From IMG/VR virus record IMGVR_UViG_3300023065_000102, positions 1 through 35,465 of that record: a DNA stretch of 35,465 bases; one strand, given 5' to 3'. This DNA comes from an uncultured virus (IMG/VR IMGVR_UViG_3300023065_000102). How positions within the stretch are numbered: the stretch's first letter is position 1; the number at the start of each line of letters is the position of its first letter. Shown here piece by piece: positions 18,120 to 26,708 of the stretch. Both the position numbers and the translations under genes were made by a program. The notes under the pieces are model-generated. The model saw only the letters and a program-made list of their open reading frames with translations, was not told the DNA's origin and made no database searches.

Positions 18120-18986
18120 TTAAGCTCCGTGGATTTGTGTAACGACTAGGGTCTGCAGCGCAATAGTGGCTGCAGCATTGGATACGATTGCGCTCAGCAA
18201 GCCCTCGCGGTCAGCGTCTTGACGCTGCTCGGCGGCCCTCATGCGCAGCAACAGGTGGGCGATCTGTTCGCCAGCAATGCGCTGCAGCTCAGCCTCAGCG
18301 TCGGCCGCATCCTGCTGTTTCAGGGCGCGCAGCTGCTCCGCAAGCAAGGTCGCGCCCTGGGTGGCATTCAGCTCGGCGAACATCTCGCGGTCGGCATCCT
18401 GGCGCCGTTCGGCGGCCTTCATGCGCGGCGCCAGGTCGTTGATCTGCTCGCCGGCAATGCGCAGCTTTTCCGCCGCCTGCTCAATCGCGTCACCGCGTTT
18501 CAAGCCGCGCAACTGCTCAGCGATCAAGGCCGCCGCCTCAGCGGCCAGCGGCTCGGCAAGGCTCAGGCTCAAGCCCGCCTCACCGCTGACGATGGTCACG
18601 CTATTGGCCGGCAGCGCAGCCAGCGACAGGTCGTAGGCCAGCAGCACGTCGGTATTGGCTGACTTGTAGGTCAACGCCTCGGTGGGGTGCGACCAGACCG
18701 CCAGCAACGTGCCGTCGCTCAGCAGAAAGCCGACCTCACGCACCCAGAATGCCCGCGTGCCATCGGCCAGCGCGGTCAGGTGCAACAGCGTGCTGCTCAG
18801 GCGCTCGCCACCGCTGATAGGGTATTTGGCCACCTGGTTGACCAGGCTTTTCTGCCCGTCGTCGGGTGTATATCCCGTGCTGCCCAGGGCGATATGGGTG
18901 ATCTGCGCCGCGATACCGGTGTTGTCGGCGCGCAGGATGGCCGCAAGGCCCGCCTTGGTGATCACAGGTTGTAACGGTGTACTCAT
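18120..18986 (-). CDS. Proximal tail fibre (tail-collar fibre, P2 gpH N-terminus-like) with duplicated coiled coil
   Basis: ITKAGLAA, ITHIALG, WVREVGFLLSDGTLLAVW; follows gpI. Confidence 0.82.
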   Translation of the reverse strand: MSTPLQPVITKAGLAAILRADNTGIAAQITHIALGSTGYTPDDGQKSLVNQVAKYPISGGERLSSTLLHLTALADGTRAFWVREVGFLLSDGTLLAVWSHPTEALTYKSANTDVLLAYDLSLAALPANSVTIVSGEAGLSLSLAEPLAAEAAALIAEQLRGLKRGDAIEQAAEKLRIAGEQINDLAPRMKAAERRQDADREMFAELNATQGATLLAEQLRALKQQDAADAEAELQRIAGEQIAHLLLRMRAAEQRQDADREGLLSAIVSNAAATIALQTLVVTQIHGA

Positions 18987-19705
18987 TGCACAGCCTCCAT
19001 CAGCACCCGCAGCACTGCCCGCGCACGGGTAGCACAGGCGACCTGCAGGCCCGATTCAGCATTGATGGGGATGCCCTGCGCCTCGGCATAGAGCCGAGAC
19101 AGGCACCGCGTATTGGCGGCATTGGCCAGCAACAGGCTTTGCTGGCAGAGCGGCATGGGTACCGGCTGGGCCTCGACCAGGCGCCGCTGCAGCGCTCGGC
19201 CCCGCGAGGCGTTGGCCAGCAACAAACCGCCATCGAAGCGCGCCCCCAGGCGAAAGTCGTAGTGGCTGCGCTCGTTCTTCGCCGCGTCGATCAGGGCACG
19301 CAAGCGCTCCCCCAACTGCGGCGAGATAATCGAGCCCTCCCCCTCGCGATTCTCGTTCGCCCAGGCCGTAACCTGAAACGTGTACGGGGCTGCGTTCGGG
19401 ATCTGGTGCCACTCCTTGAAATCCGCGTTGACCCGCACGGCCTTGAGCACCCGCCGGATCGCGCCGACGGTGCCCTTGGTCTTGTGGACCGGAATGGCCT
19501 CGCGGATCAGCTCACGGCGCTGGGAGTCGGCGTTGGCTGCCTCCCAGCCCTCGACCTTCCAGGCCCAACCGAGCCAGGGAAGGAAGTTGGGCGGGCAGCG
19601 CGCCGAGTCGGCAACCCCCCGGATGATTTCCGGGTCAATGCCCTGCTCGCTGGCCGCCTCCAGCGAACGCTCCAGCAACGTGGCGTTCTGCGGCAACAGG
19701 CTCAC
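18983..19705 (-). CDS. P2 gpI-like baseplate/tail protein
   Basis: SLLPQNATLLERSL, CPPNFLPWLGW, HKTKGTVGAIRR. Confidence 0.93.
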   Translation of the reverse strand: MSLLPQNATLLERSLEAASEQGIDPEIIRGVADSARCPPNFLPWLGWAWKVEGWEAANADSQRRELIREAIPVHKTKGTVGAIRRVLKAVRVNADFKEWHQIPNAAPYTFQVTAWANENREGEGSIISPQLGERLRALIDAAKNERSHYDFRLGARFDGGLLLANASRGRALQRRLVEAQPVPMPLCQQSLLLANAANTRCLSRLYAEAQGIPINAESGLQVACATRARAVLRVLMEAVQ

Positions 19706-20682
19706 ATTGCCACCTGTGTGGTCAGCGCAATGGACGTGCAGTTGGGGTAATGCCGCTTATCGCACACCACCCCGTCAGCCGGGTGGGTCAGGTCCACCTT
19801 GCTGATGCCCGTTACGTGTAACGCCGCGTAGATGGCCGAAAGCGGCAGCTGCCCCTCCAGACGCCTGGCCTCGGCAATCGCCACATCCAGACCTTGCCGG
19901 GCCGAAGCTTTGACCACTGCCGGGTCCGGCCCTGCCTCCACATGCAGGACGGCCTGCACCTTGAAGTCACTGGGTGCACCGTTCTGCACGCGCGGGCGGT
20001 CTGTAATCGGCCGCACGCTCTCAGCAGACAGCGCCGCCTGGACCGTGGCCACCAGTTGCTCCGCAGGCGTGGTGCTGGCTGTTGCCGCCAGAATGGCCAG
20101 TGACACGTCACCGGGCAGCGGACTGGCCAAGCCGGCGTCGTAGTTGCAGACCACCACCATGGCGCCATCCGGCAGCAACGCCTTGACCTCGGCGCTGACC
20201 GGCACCCCGGAAAACCGGGGGGAATCAACCGAGACATGCACCAGGTCGGCCGATGAACTCAGCGCGTGGTATTCGTAAGCCCCGCTGCTGCCGGCGACCG
20301 ACAGCGCTTCCAGTGACAGCCGCGTGCGGTAGCGCAGCGCCTCGTCACCCTCCATCACCGCAGCCACAGGCGGCACCGCATCGGGGTCGGCGGCACGTAT
20401 AGTCAGCCGCTCGACGCCATAGTCAGCCGCCCGGTTGTCCAGGTCAGCCCCCTTGGCGTAGGCCAGCGTGCTGGCCTTGGCGGCCGCGTTGACCCGTGCG
20501 CGCATCAGCATCTCCCGGTAGGCCATGACCTCCATCAGCTTGACCACCGGATCGGACTCCAGCAGCGCGGTCCACTGATCGCCCATATGGGCGCGGAAGA
20601 TGCTCAGCACATCCTGATACAGCGTCTCAAACTCCAGGGTTTCCACCACGTCGGGCGGGGGCAGCAAAGAAAGATCGATCAT
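19702..20682 (-). CDS. P2 gpJ-like baseplate protein
   Basis: IDLSLLPPPDVVE, LESDPVVKL, LSVAGSSGAYEYHA, VRPITD. Confidence 0.95.
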   Translation of the reverse strand: MIDLSLLPPPDVVETLEFETLYQDVLSIFRAHMGDQWTALLESDPVVKLMEVMAYREMLMRARVNAAAKASTLAYAKGADLDNRAADYGVERLTIRAADPDAVPPVAAVMEGDEALRYRTRLSLEALSVAGSSGAYEYHALSSSADLVHVSVDSPRFSGVPVSAEVKALLPDGAMVVVCNYDAGLASPLPGDVSLAILAATASTTPAEQLVATVQAALSAESVRPITDRPRVQNGAPSDFKVQAVLHVEAGPDPAVVKASARQGLDVAIAEARRLEGQLPLSAIYAALHVTGISKVDLTHPADGVVCDKRHYPNCTSIALTTQVAM

Positions 20683-21005
20683 GCGCTTACCTCCAGTACG
20701 GCAGCGTTGCCCAGGTACTCGCCCGTCAGCTGCAGGGTGATCTGGCCGCCGACCACTGCCGTGACCCGAACCCGCTCAAGCTTCAAGCGCGGCTCCCAAC
20801 GGCCCATCGAACGCGCCACCTCCGCCTGTACGGCGCTTTTCCAGCCCTCGTTAACCGGCAGGTCGACAAAGCGCCGTAGGTTGCTGCCGTAGTCGGGCCG
20901 CATGCGCCGACTGCCCAAGGGGGTGGTCAGAATGTCCTCAATCGACTGTCGCAGGTGGTCGAGGCCCGTCAGTGGCTGGCCGGTTTGCCGGTCCAGGCCA
21001 ATCAT
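20679..21005 (-). CDS. P2 gpW / gp25-like baseplate wedge protein
   Basis: HLRQSIEDILTTPLGSRRMRPDYGS, RWEPRL; start MIGLD at 21005. Confidence 0.95.
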   Translation of the reverse strand: MIGLDRQTGQPLTGLDHLRQSIEDILTTPLGSRRMRPDYGSNLRRFVDLPVNEGWKSAVQAEVARSMGRWEPRLKLERVRVTAVVGGQITLQLTGEYLGNAAVLEVSA

Positions 21006-21007
21006 GG

Positions 21008-21256
21008 TTAGCCGTCCAGGCGCTGCAGGTCGGCATGGCCACCCAGGAACGCCAGCGCTTCGTCGTCGTCGCCCTGGACGGTCACGCGGTGGGCCAACAC
21101 CTTGAACTCGCGCAGCTCGCCCCCCGCCTGCAGAAACAGGGAGCGCGAGGCATAGGCGCTGTCGGTGAAGGTCACGTCGGCCGGCGTGACAGGTCCCATC
21201 GCGGAGCCGGCCGCATCCGTTGCCGCGTCGTCCGCAGCGGTTTTCTTGGTCGCCAT
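21008..21256 (-). CDS. Small phage hypothetical protein upstream of gpW
   Basis: 82 aa from MATKKT, CTGGAG RBS, FTDSAYASRSL. Confidence 0.7.
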   Translation of the reverse strand: MATKKTAADDAATDAAGSAMGPVTPADVTFTDSAYASRSLFLQAGGELREFKVLAHRVTVQGDDDEALAFLGGHADLQRLDG

Positions 21257-21276
21257 AAGGCAATGCTCCAGATACG

Positions 21277-21298
21277 AAAAAGCCCGCGATAGCGGGCT
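21277..21298 (-). terminator. Rho-independent terminator-like hairpin after the spike-gene remnant
   Basis: AGCCCGC-4-GCGGGCT followed by T tract on the minus strand. Confidence 0.65.
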
Positions 21299-21299
21299 G

Positions 21300-21317
21300 T
21301 CAGTGTTTGTGGTTTGC
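21300..21317 (-). pseudogene. Probable last five codons of baseplate spike gpV (ANHKH*)
   Basis: GCA AAC CAC AAA CAC TGA: terminal HxH as in P2/Mu-type spikes, exactly where gpV should end upstream of gpW. Confidence 0.7.
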
Positions 21318-23213
21318 CCGAGCCTTCCATGGTCGAGTGGAACAGGATCGCGGTGTCCAGCTTCGCGCCCATATGCTGCAGCGGGAACGCCAGCCACTTC
21401 ACCAGCCAGTCCAACGCCTCGGCGTCATGGTTGCAAAGGAACGAGATCAGCCAGCGCAAGTTCTCGCACGCAGCGTCGTCGCGGGCCGGCTCAAGCGGCA
21501 AACCCTCGAATGTGTTGATGTAAATCGCCGGATCCTTGGTCATCGTCGGGTCGAACACGATGTGGTCAACGTCCACTACACGCCGATCCGGACTGTTCAG
21601 CCAGAGCTGATAGGCATCGCCCAAGGCCATCTTCACGCTGCCCTCGGGCAGACGGCGCTTCTTTTCACGATCCCAGGCCTCTTTCGTGCCGTCTATGTAG
21701 ATGTAGCGGTCGAGCGGCTCCAGCTTCAGCGTGCCGCCCTTCTTGCTGGACATCTTTCGGGCCTGCTCGAGCTCTGCCACCTGCTCGGAGGCGATAAGCT
21801 TCTTGTCGGTCCGCTCCATCCACTCTTTTGCGAGCGGCTTGCCGACCAGGGCCTCGAAGCCTGTTCGCTTCATCGAACGCCCCTTGTCCAAGTCCCACAC
21901 GTTGGTGGTGCATTCGACCAGGGCAAAGCGGCGCATCGCACCGTCAACGTCCAGGGTGGTACCCCCTGCCCCCCCGTTGGCCGAGGAGCCGGCCGGGCTG
22001 GGCGCCTCGACGTCCGATGGGGCGTGGGGAAGGTGATCGATATCGGCGTCGACGACGGGCTGCTGCTCGGCCGGCTCGGCTGCCGATGGGGTACGGGGAA
22101 GTTCGCCCAATGGAGGCGGTTCCGGTGGACGGGATTTCGCGTCAATGCCGAGGATCTGTGCCGCCGCTCTGGTCGCAGCCTTCTGGTCGCCATCGTGCAT
22201 CAGGATGCAGAACACGTCGAACGCGTCGTTCTTGTGCCCGTTGGCCAGGGGATCAGAAGTGTGATGCGAGTAAAGTTTGCGATCTTTGATCGTCACACCT
22301 GGCAGCCCTGAGCTGCTGTGCGGGCTCAACCATTTCCCATCAATGCGCTTGTAACCATGCGCCTCGATCATCGTGGCGATGTCATGGACCCGGTTGAATT
22401 CGGGAATGACTTCAGGGAGCCGGTCACCAGATCGTGCAGCAGCTGGTGATGGCCGGGCCACGGGACGAGCTGCAGCCGCAGGTGCTGCCGCCTTCGGCTT
22501 CCAAGGGCAAACAGCCTCCCCCTTCGGTTTGAATTCGTTCCACCCCTGCCAGATGCCCAGCAGGTCAGCCGGCAACTCGGGCAGCCCCTCAGCAGTCGGC
22601 GGTGTACGCCACGTGTAGGGTTTACGAGTGCCTGGGTGAATGGATGGCGGCAAGACGTCCTGCACCAGGCCGCCCCGCAGCTCGAAAACCGTCACTTTCT
22701 TGAAGGGCTCAGCCGCCATGCGAAAAGCCGCCTCGCGGGCAGCATCGTCTTCGTCCTGCGCGGCCTTCACTTGCGCCATGAGCCCCTTGTAGATGGTGCC
22801 ATCGGGGTCGTTTTTGTTCGGCCACACCAGGGCGTGGCGAGTCAGCTCCACACCTTCAGGAACGCGGAACATCACGCGGAATCGTTCAGGGTTGCCTACT
22901 GAGGTCGGGTACGCATCAGCGAGCGCGTCAACGTCGAGCCCAAGGGTCTGCTGCAAGACCTGCCGGGCCAGCTCAACGTCATCTACGTCGAGCGAGCAGG
23001 CACGACTCGGCCCGAGCACAACACCAAGGTTGTGATTCGGGCTCGCAGTCCAGAACGCTTCAGCCTTCGAGGCATCCGTGAAATAGCCACCAGGCTTGTT
23101 CCAGCCGGCACCCTTCGGACCCTTCTCACCTGGTTCAATGGGAACCAGGGCAAGATCGAAGGCATCAATGTAGCGCCGCGCCCAATCAGCTGTGGTAGAG
23201 GATGGGCGATCAC

Positions 23214-23417
23214 TCATCTCCGACGCTCCCGCAACTGCTGGCAGCTGATGCAAGTCTCGCACCCCGCCACCAGCAGCTGACGCACCTCCGGGATTGGTTC
23301 ATCGCAGTCTTCACAGAACTGCGCACTCGGCTTCGTCACTGGGCGAATGCGGCGTTGAAGGGCTACCTGCAGGTGATAGTCGGCTTGGTCGTTGGCCACA
23401 TCGATCACATCAGCCAT
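23214..23417 (-). CDS. TraR/DksA C4 zinc-finger protein
   Basis: MADVIDVA, CEDCDEPIP..R..CETCISCQ. Confidence 0.92.
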   Translation of the reverse strand: MADVIDVANDQADYHLQVALQRRIRPVTKPSAQFCEDCDEPIPEVRQLLVAGCETCISCQQLRERRR

Positions 23418-23898
23418 GAGCTTCGTCCTCCATGGCTTGGCGGGCACCCGCCATGATTGCCAGCACCTGACGGATAACATCCATCCCGCGCTGTTCGAGG
23501 TCGACCACTTCACCAGCCGTCCAGACATTGTCGGCGGCGCCTTCGTGCAGGCTACCGACGAACTCACTGGACTCTTCAAGGAGCTTGGCTACTGCCTGCA
23601 GCGCTTCATTAGTCGCTGGGACCGGCTCCGGGCGATACCAGACAGCACCGGCCGGACGGACCAAGGCATCAAGCAAACGCGGGTCAGCGGTCCAGCGGAC
23701 GATTTCTTCGATCTCGTCCGGGCTTGGCCAGCGGCGCTCTTCGGTAGGGTGGAGTTTCTTCTGCAGGGCATCCACGTCCATGACCATATCGAAGGCCAGC
23801 TTTGTGATACCGCCGTGATAGTCGCGACCGGCGCGGTAGAGCGCCTGCCGCAAGGCGAGAACCGGACCTGCATCCGGCAGTAGATCAATGCGACTCAT
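23410..23898 (-). CDS. Phage regulatory CII-family protein
   Basis: YHGGITKLAFDM..LQKKL HTH-like; position after cro. Confidence 0.75.
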   Translation of the reverse strand: MSRIDLLPDAGPVLALRQALYRAGRDYHGGITKLAFDMVMDVDALQKKLHPTEERRWPSPDEIEEIVRWTADPRLLDALVRPAGAVWYRPEPVPATNEALQAVAKLLEESSEFVGSLHEGAADNVWTAGEVVDLEQRGMDVIRQVLAIMAGARQAMEDEAHG

Positions 23899-24024
23899 AA
23901 CCGTAAATCCTCGGTTTACGGTGTAGCCAGAGAATGAGGTAGGACCTATCCTACAGCTACGACCGTACTGTGCTGTGCGTCGTCGTCGCTGGGCCAGGGA
24001 GGTGAGAGTCCCTGGTCCAGCACC

Positions 24025-24249
24025 TTATTCCTTTGCTTGCCTCAAATACGCCCAATCAATGTCCGGTCGCAGCGCTTCACAACGAATCGCCCCTTCCGTT
24101 TCTCGATCCAGGCAAACAGCCAATCCCGCACTAGCGCGGCGGTTGCCGTAGGCGACTTGTTTCAACTGCCCAACAGACGTTCCGCAACGTTTCGCGAAAG
24201 CCTCGAGCCCTTCCTTGTCCATCGTCTTCAAAAACTCGCTAAGCGTCAT
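24025..24249 (-). CDS. Cro/YdaS-family regulator
   Basis: FAKRCGTSVGQLKQVAYGNR HTH, LRPDIDWAYLR; divergent from repressor. Confidence 0.9.
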   Translation of the reverse strand: MTLSEFLKTMDKEGLEAFAKRCGTSVGQLKQVAYGNRRASAGLAVCLDRETEGAIRCEALRPDIDWAYLRQAKE

Positions 24250-24271
24250 AGACTCCTCCATTGGCGGCTAG

Positions 24272-24327
24272 ATTAGCAATTGCTAATTCGCAAGGCAATA
24301 GCAAGTCGTAATTTACTGTTTGCTAAC
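24272..24327. promoter_or_regulatory. OR-like repressor operators
   Basis: Perfect palindrome ATTAGCAATTGCTAAT (24272-24287) plus degenerate copies at 24297-24312 and 24312-24327 between cro and cI. Confidence 0.8.
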
Positions 24328-24346
24328 GGAAAGCAATCATCTCCAC

Positions 24347-25051
24347 ATGGATATCAACGAAAGGCGTATCGCCTCCCTCCGTACGATCATGGGTGCACTG
24401 AGCCAGAAGGAATTCGCTGAGGCTTACGACCTAGACGCGTCGTACCTGTCACAACTGCTCAACGGCCATCGCAAGCTGGGGGAAAAGGCTGCGCTAAATC
24501 TGGAGCTCAAGATTGGGCTCGCGGCAGGGACGCTGACATCTCCTCCCTCCGAGGAGCCATCCACCGCAGCCCCAGACAACGTGGTTCGCCTGCCCACCAG
24601 GGCGGCAAAGGACAAGAACTTCGTGCTGATTCCGCACCTCGATATCGCGGCGTCTATGGGGCATGGCAAGGCAGCCCCAGGTATGCACATTGAAGTCATC
24701 CGCGACATGACGGTTCACCTCGACTGGCTCAGGATGCAGGGCCTGAGCTTCTCGAATGTCGACAACTTGGCCATCATCACAGGAGATGGCGACAGCATGT
24801 CTGGCACGTTCGCCGACGGCGATGCTCTGCTTGTGGATCGTGGGATTTCCGAGGTGAAAACAGACGCGATATACGTCTTCACCCTCGAGGGCGATCTCTA
24901 CATCAAACGCCTTCAGCGCCTTACCGGAGGCCAGTTGCGAATGATCTCCGACAACCCCATCTACCCACCGATTACCATCGATGAGTCGATGATCGAGCGC
25001 ATGCATATCCAAGCCCGCGTCCTGCTGGCCTGGAACGCGAAGAAGCTCTAA
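24347..25051 (+). CDS. CI/PrtR-like repressor (HTH + S24 peptidase)
   Basis: SQKEFAEAYDLDASYLSQLLNG HTH; ASMGHG cleavage-region motif, GDSM serine, YIKRL lysine. Confidence 0.95.
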   Translation: MDINERRIASLRTIMGALSQKEFAEAYDLDASYLSQLLNGHRKLGEKAALNLELKIGLAAGTLTSPPSEEPSTAAPDNVVRLPTRAAKDKNFVLIPHLDIAASMGHGKAAPGMHIEVIRDMTVHLDWLRMQGLSFSNVDNLAIITGDGDSMSGTFADGDALLVDRGISEVKTDAIYVFTLEGDLYIKRLQRLTGGQLRMISDNPIYPPITIDESMIERMHIQARVLLAWNAKKL

Positions 25052-25108
25052 CGAACTCCCGTGCTGCGCCCTACCGGCATTTGCTGGGGCGTAGCCACAT
25101 CCTGATAA

Positions 25109-25149
25109 TTTAGCATTTGCTATTGATCAATTAATTAGCCTTTGCTAAT
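25109..25149 (+). promoter_or_regulatory. OL-like operators overlapping a PL-like promoter
   Basis: TTTAGCATTTGCTATT and ATTAGCCTTTGCTAAT share TAGC-N4-GCTA with OR; TTGATC-17-TAATTT overlaps them. Confidence 0.78.
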
Positions 25150-25191
25150 TTCATCCCCGTGCCCCCTCTCTCACATCAAGGACACGGAAGA

Positions 25192-25356
25192 ATGAAATCA
25201 GCACAGCACAAAGGATCGGTCACGGTCCTGATCCACCCCACCGCCTGCAGCAGCCTTGCAAAGATTCAGGCATTCCAGCGCAGCACCGGCTTGCAGTTGG
25301 TCGTCACCCAGGATGGTAAGGCCCACGCAGTAGCGGCCACCGTAGGTGCAGCATGA
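25192..25356 (+). CDS. Small early phage protein
   Basis: 54 aa, VLIHPTAC..IQAFQRSTG; stop overlaps next ATG. Confidence 0.65.
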   Translation: MKSAQHKGSVTVLIHPTACSSLAKIQAFQRSTGLQLVVTQDGKAHAVAATVGAA

Positions 25357-25862
25357 GCGAGTTCCAGATACCTCTCCGCCAGATCATGCTGCTGCAGAGC
25401 ACCCTGGACAAAGGCGGCTCAGTGACCTGCAAACTGCAGCGCCCGGAAGTGTCGCTTGACGCTCAGCTTGAGATCGAGAACGACACTACTCACCACCGCA
25501 TCAAGGTGACCCTTGGGCCGCTCCTCAGCAGCCTGAGCCTTCCTCGCGCACTTTCGACCAAGTGCCAATCATTGCGGGACTTTCTGCAGGACCTGGCCAA
25601 TGGCCGAGCTGACTCTGGCGCCCAGTCGGAAGAAGCACTCGCACTCTTGGAGGCGCAGGTCAGTGTGGAAGAAGTGCTCCTAACCGGCCAAACCGCCTAT
25701 GTCATCGCCACGGTCAACCGCGAACTGCCCCTTGGCGCCGTAGTGACCAACGAGCAAGGGGATGTTTGTGTCGCCGTCACGGGTGCCTGCAAAGAACACC
25801 TCGCTGCAGCAGTGCGCGGAAAGCTTCAGCACGGCCCCGAAGGCCTCGGGAAATGCGCATGA
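25353..25862 (+). CDS. Phage hypothetical protein
   Basis: 169 aa with ATGA overlaps at both ends. Confidence 0.75.
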   Translation: MSEFQIPLRQIMLLQSTLDKGGSVTCKLQRPEVSLDAQLEIENDTTHHRIKVTLGPLLSSLSLPRALSTKCQSLRDFLQDLANGRADSGAQSEEALALLEAQVSVEEVLLTGQTAYVIATVNRELPLGAVVTNEQGDVCVAVTGACKEHLAAAVRGKLQHGPEGLGKCA

Positions 25863-26104
25863 GCACGCTGGAACAACTGCGCAGTGAGTTCGCCACCCCT
25901 TGCCCGACGCTGTCCGCCGTGAGGGAGCGCTATTTCGCTCACATCGGTACAGACCGACGACTCAGGGAGCTCATCAACAAGGGCCAGATCGATCTGCAAC
26001 TGAGCAAGTTACACAACTCGGCGAAGGCCCAGCACGTGGTTTACCTGCAGAACCTGGCCGCATATCTGGATCGCCAGGCAGAGCGCACTACTCAATCCGC
26101 TTGA
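25859..26104 (+). CDS. Pyocin activator PrtN-family protein
   Basis: TLSAVRERYFAHI, INKGQI, SAKAQHVVYLQNLAAYLD. Confidence 0.8.
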   Translation: MSTLEQLRSEFATPCPTLSAVRERYFAHIGTDRRLRELINKGQIDLQLSKLHNSAKAQHVVYLQNLAAYLDRQAERTTQSA

Positions 26105-26189
26105 ACCAGGCGGCCCCGGCCAACAGGGGCACACTGCCCGCCACCGACTCTCACCCCGCAAGGTGGCGGGCCACGAAGGAGCACAGCAC

Positions 26190-26708
26190 ATGCAACCTCA
26201 TCAGTATGCACTCGCCGCTGGCATCGGCTGGATGGTCACCCTGATCATCCTTCCTTTCCTGATCGCTAAGGCACGCCGACTTGCTTATGCCCGAGGCTTC
26301 GAGGCCGGCAAAACCTTCCACGACCAGACCTTGAGCCTTCAGCTCAAGGAAGCCAAACAGGCCCTGGACGATCTACGCGCAGAGCTGCTGCGTACTCAGC
26401 AAACCGGCAATGTGCAGCTTGCCGCGCGCGAGGCCAGCATTGCTGCGCTCAAGGCAATTATCAGCGAACTTGAAGCCCGAATCATGTCGTACACCGGCCT
26501 CCCGGTGACTAAGGCTGACTACGAGAACTTGATCAACGCTTCGTCCACGATGCGCCTGGCTCAGCGCACCTTCAAAGCCCTGAGAACCGAAGCCAAGGCA
26601 ACGCGAGCAGGTGCCCAGGCTGACGTCATTGACGAGCTGGCCAAACGGATCCATGCCCAGCTGCGCAGCACTCCGGCCAGCGCCGCCAAAGCAGGGGCTG
26701 CAGCATGA
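26190..26708 (+). CDS. Phage hypothetical protein, N-terminal TM plus coiled coil
   Basis: AAGGAG RBS, hydrophobic ALAAGIGWMVTLIILPFLIA; overlaps MTase start. Confidence 0.75.
   Translation: MQPHQYALAAGIGWMVTLIILPFLIAKARRLAYARGFEAGKTFHDQTLSLQLKEAKQALDDLRAELLRTQQTGNVQLAAREASIAALKAIISELEARIMSYTGLPVTKADYENLINASSTMRLAQRTFKALRTEAKATRAGAQADVIDELAKRIHAQLRSTPASAAKAGAAA

Larger units (their letters stand above)
21172..23217 (-). pseudogene. Prim-pol primase/helicase truncated at Walker A
   Basis: Prim-pol N-domain (KGPKGAGWN, NLGVVLG, LDVDD, VLPPSIHPGT); helicase stops at MEGSGK (~21313) and continues ~46 codons in apparently non-native sequence; no Walker B. Confidence 0.88.

Noticed and set aside
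6210-21256. Calling the tail cluster a functional R-type tailocin
   Set aside because: Spike gene reduced to five codons; no tail-completion or holin gene; int, xis and att are still present
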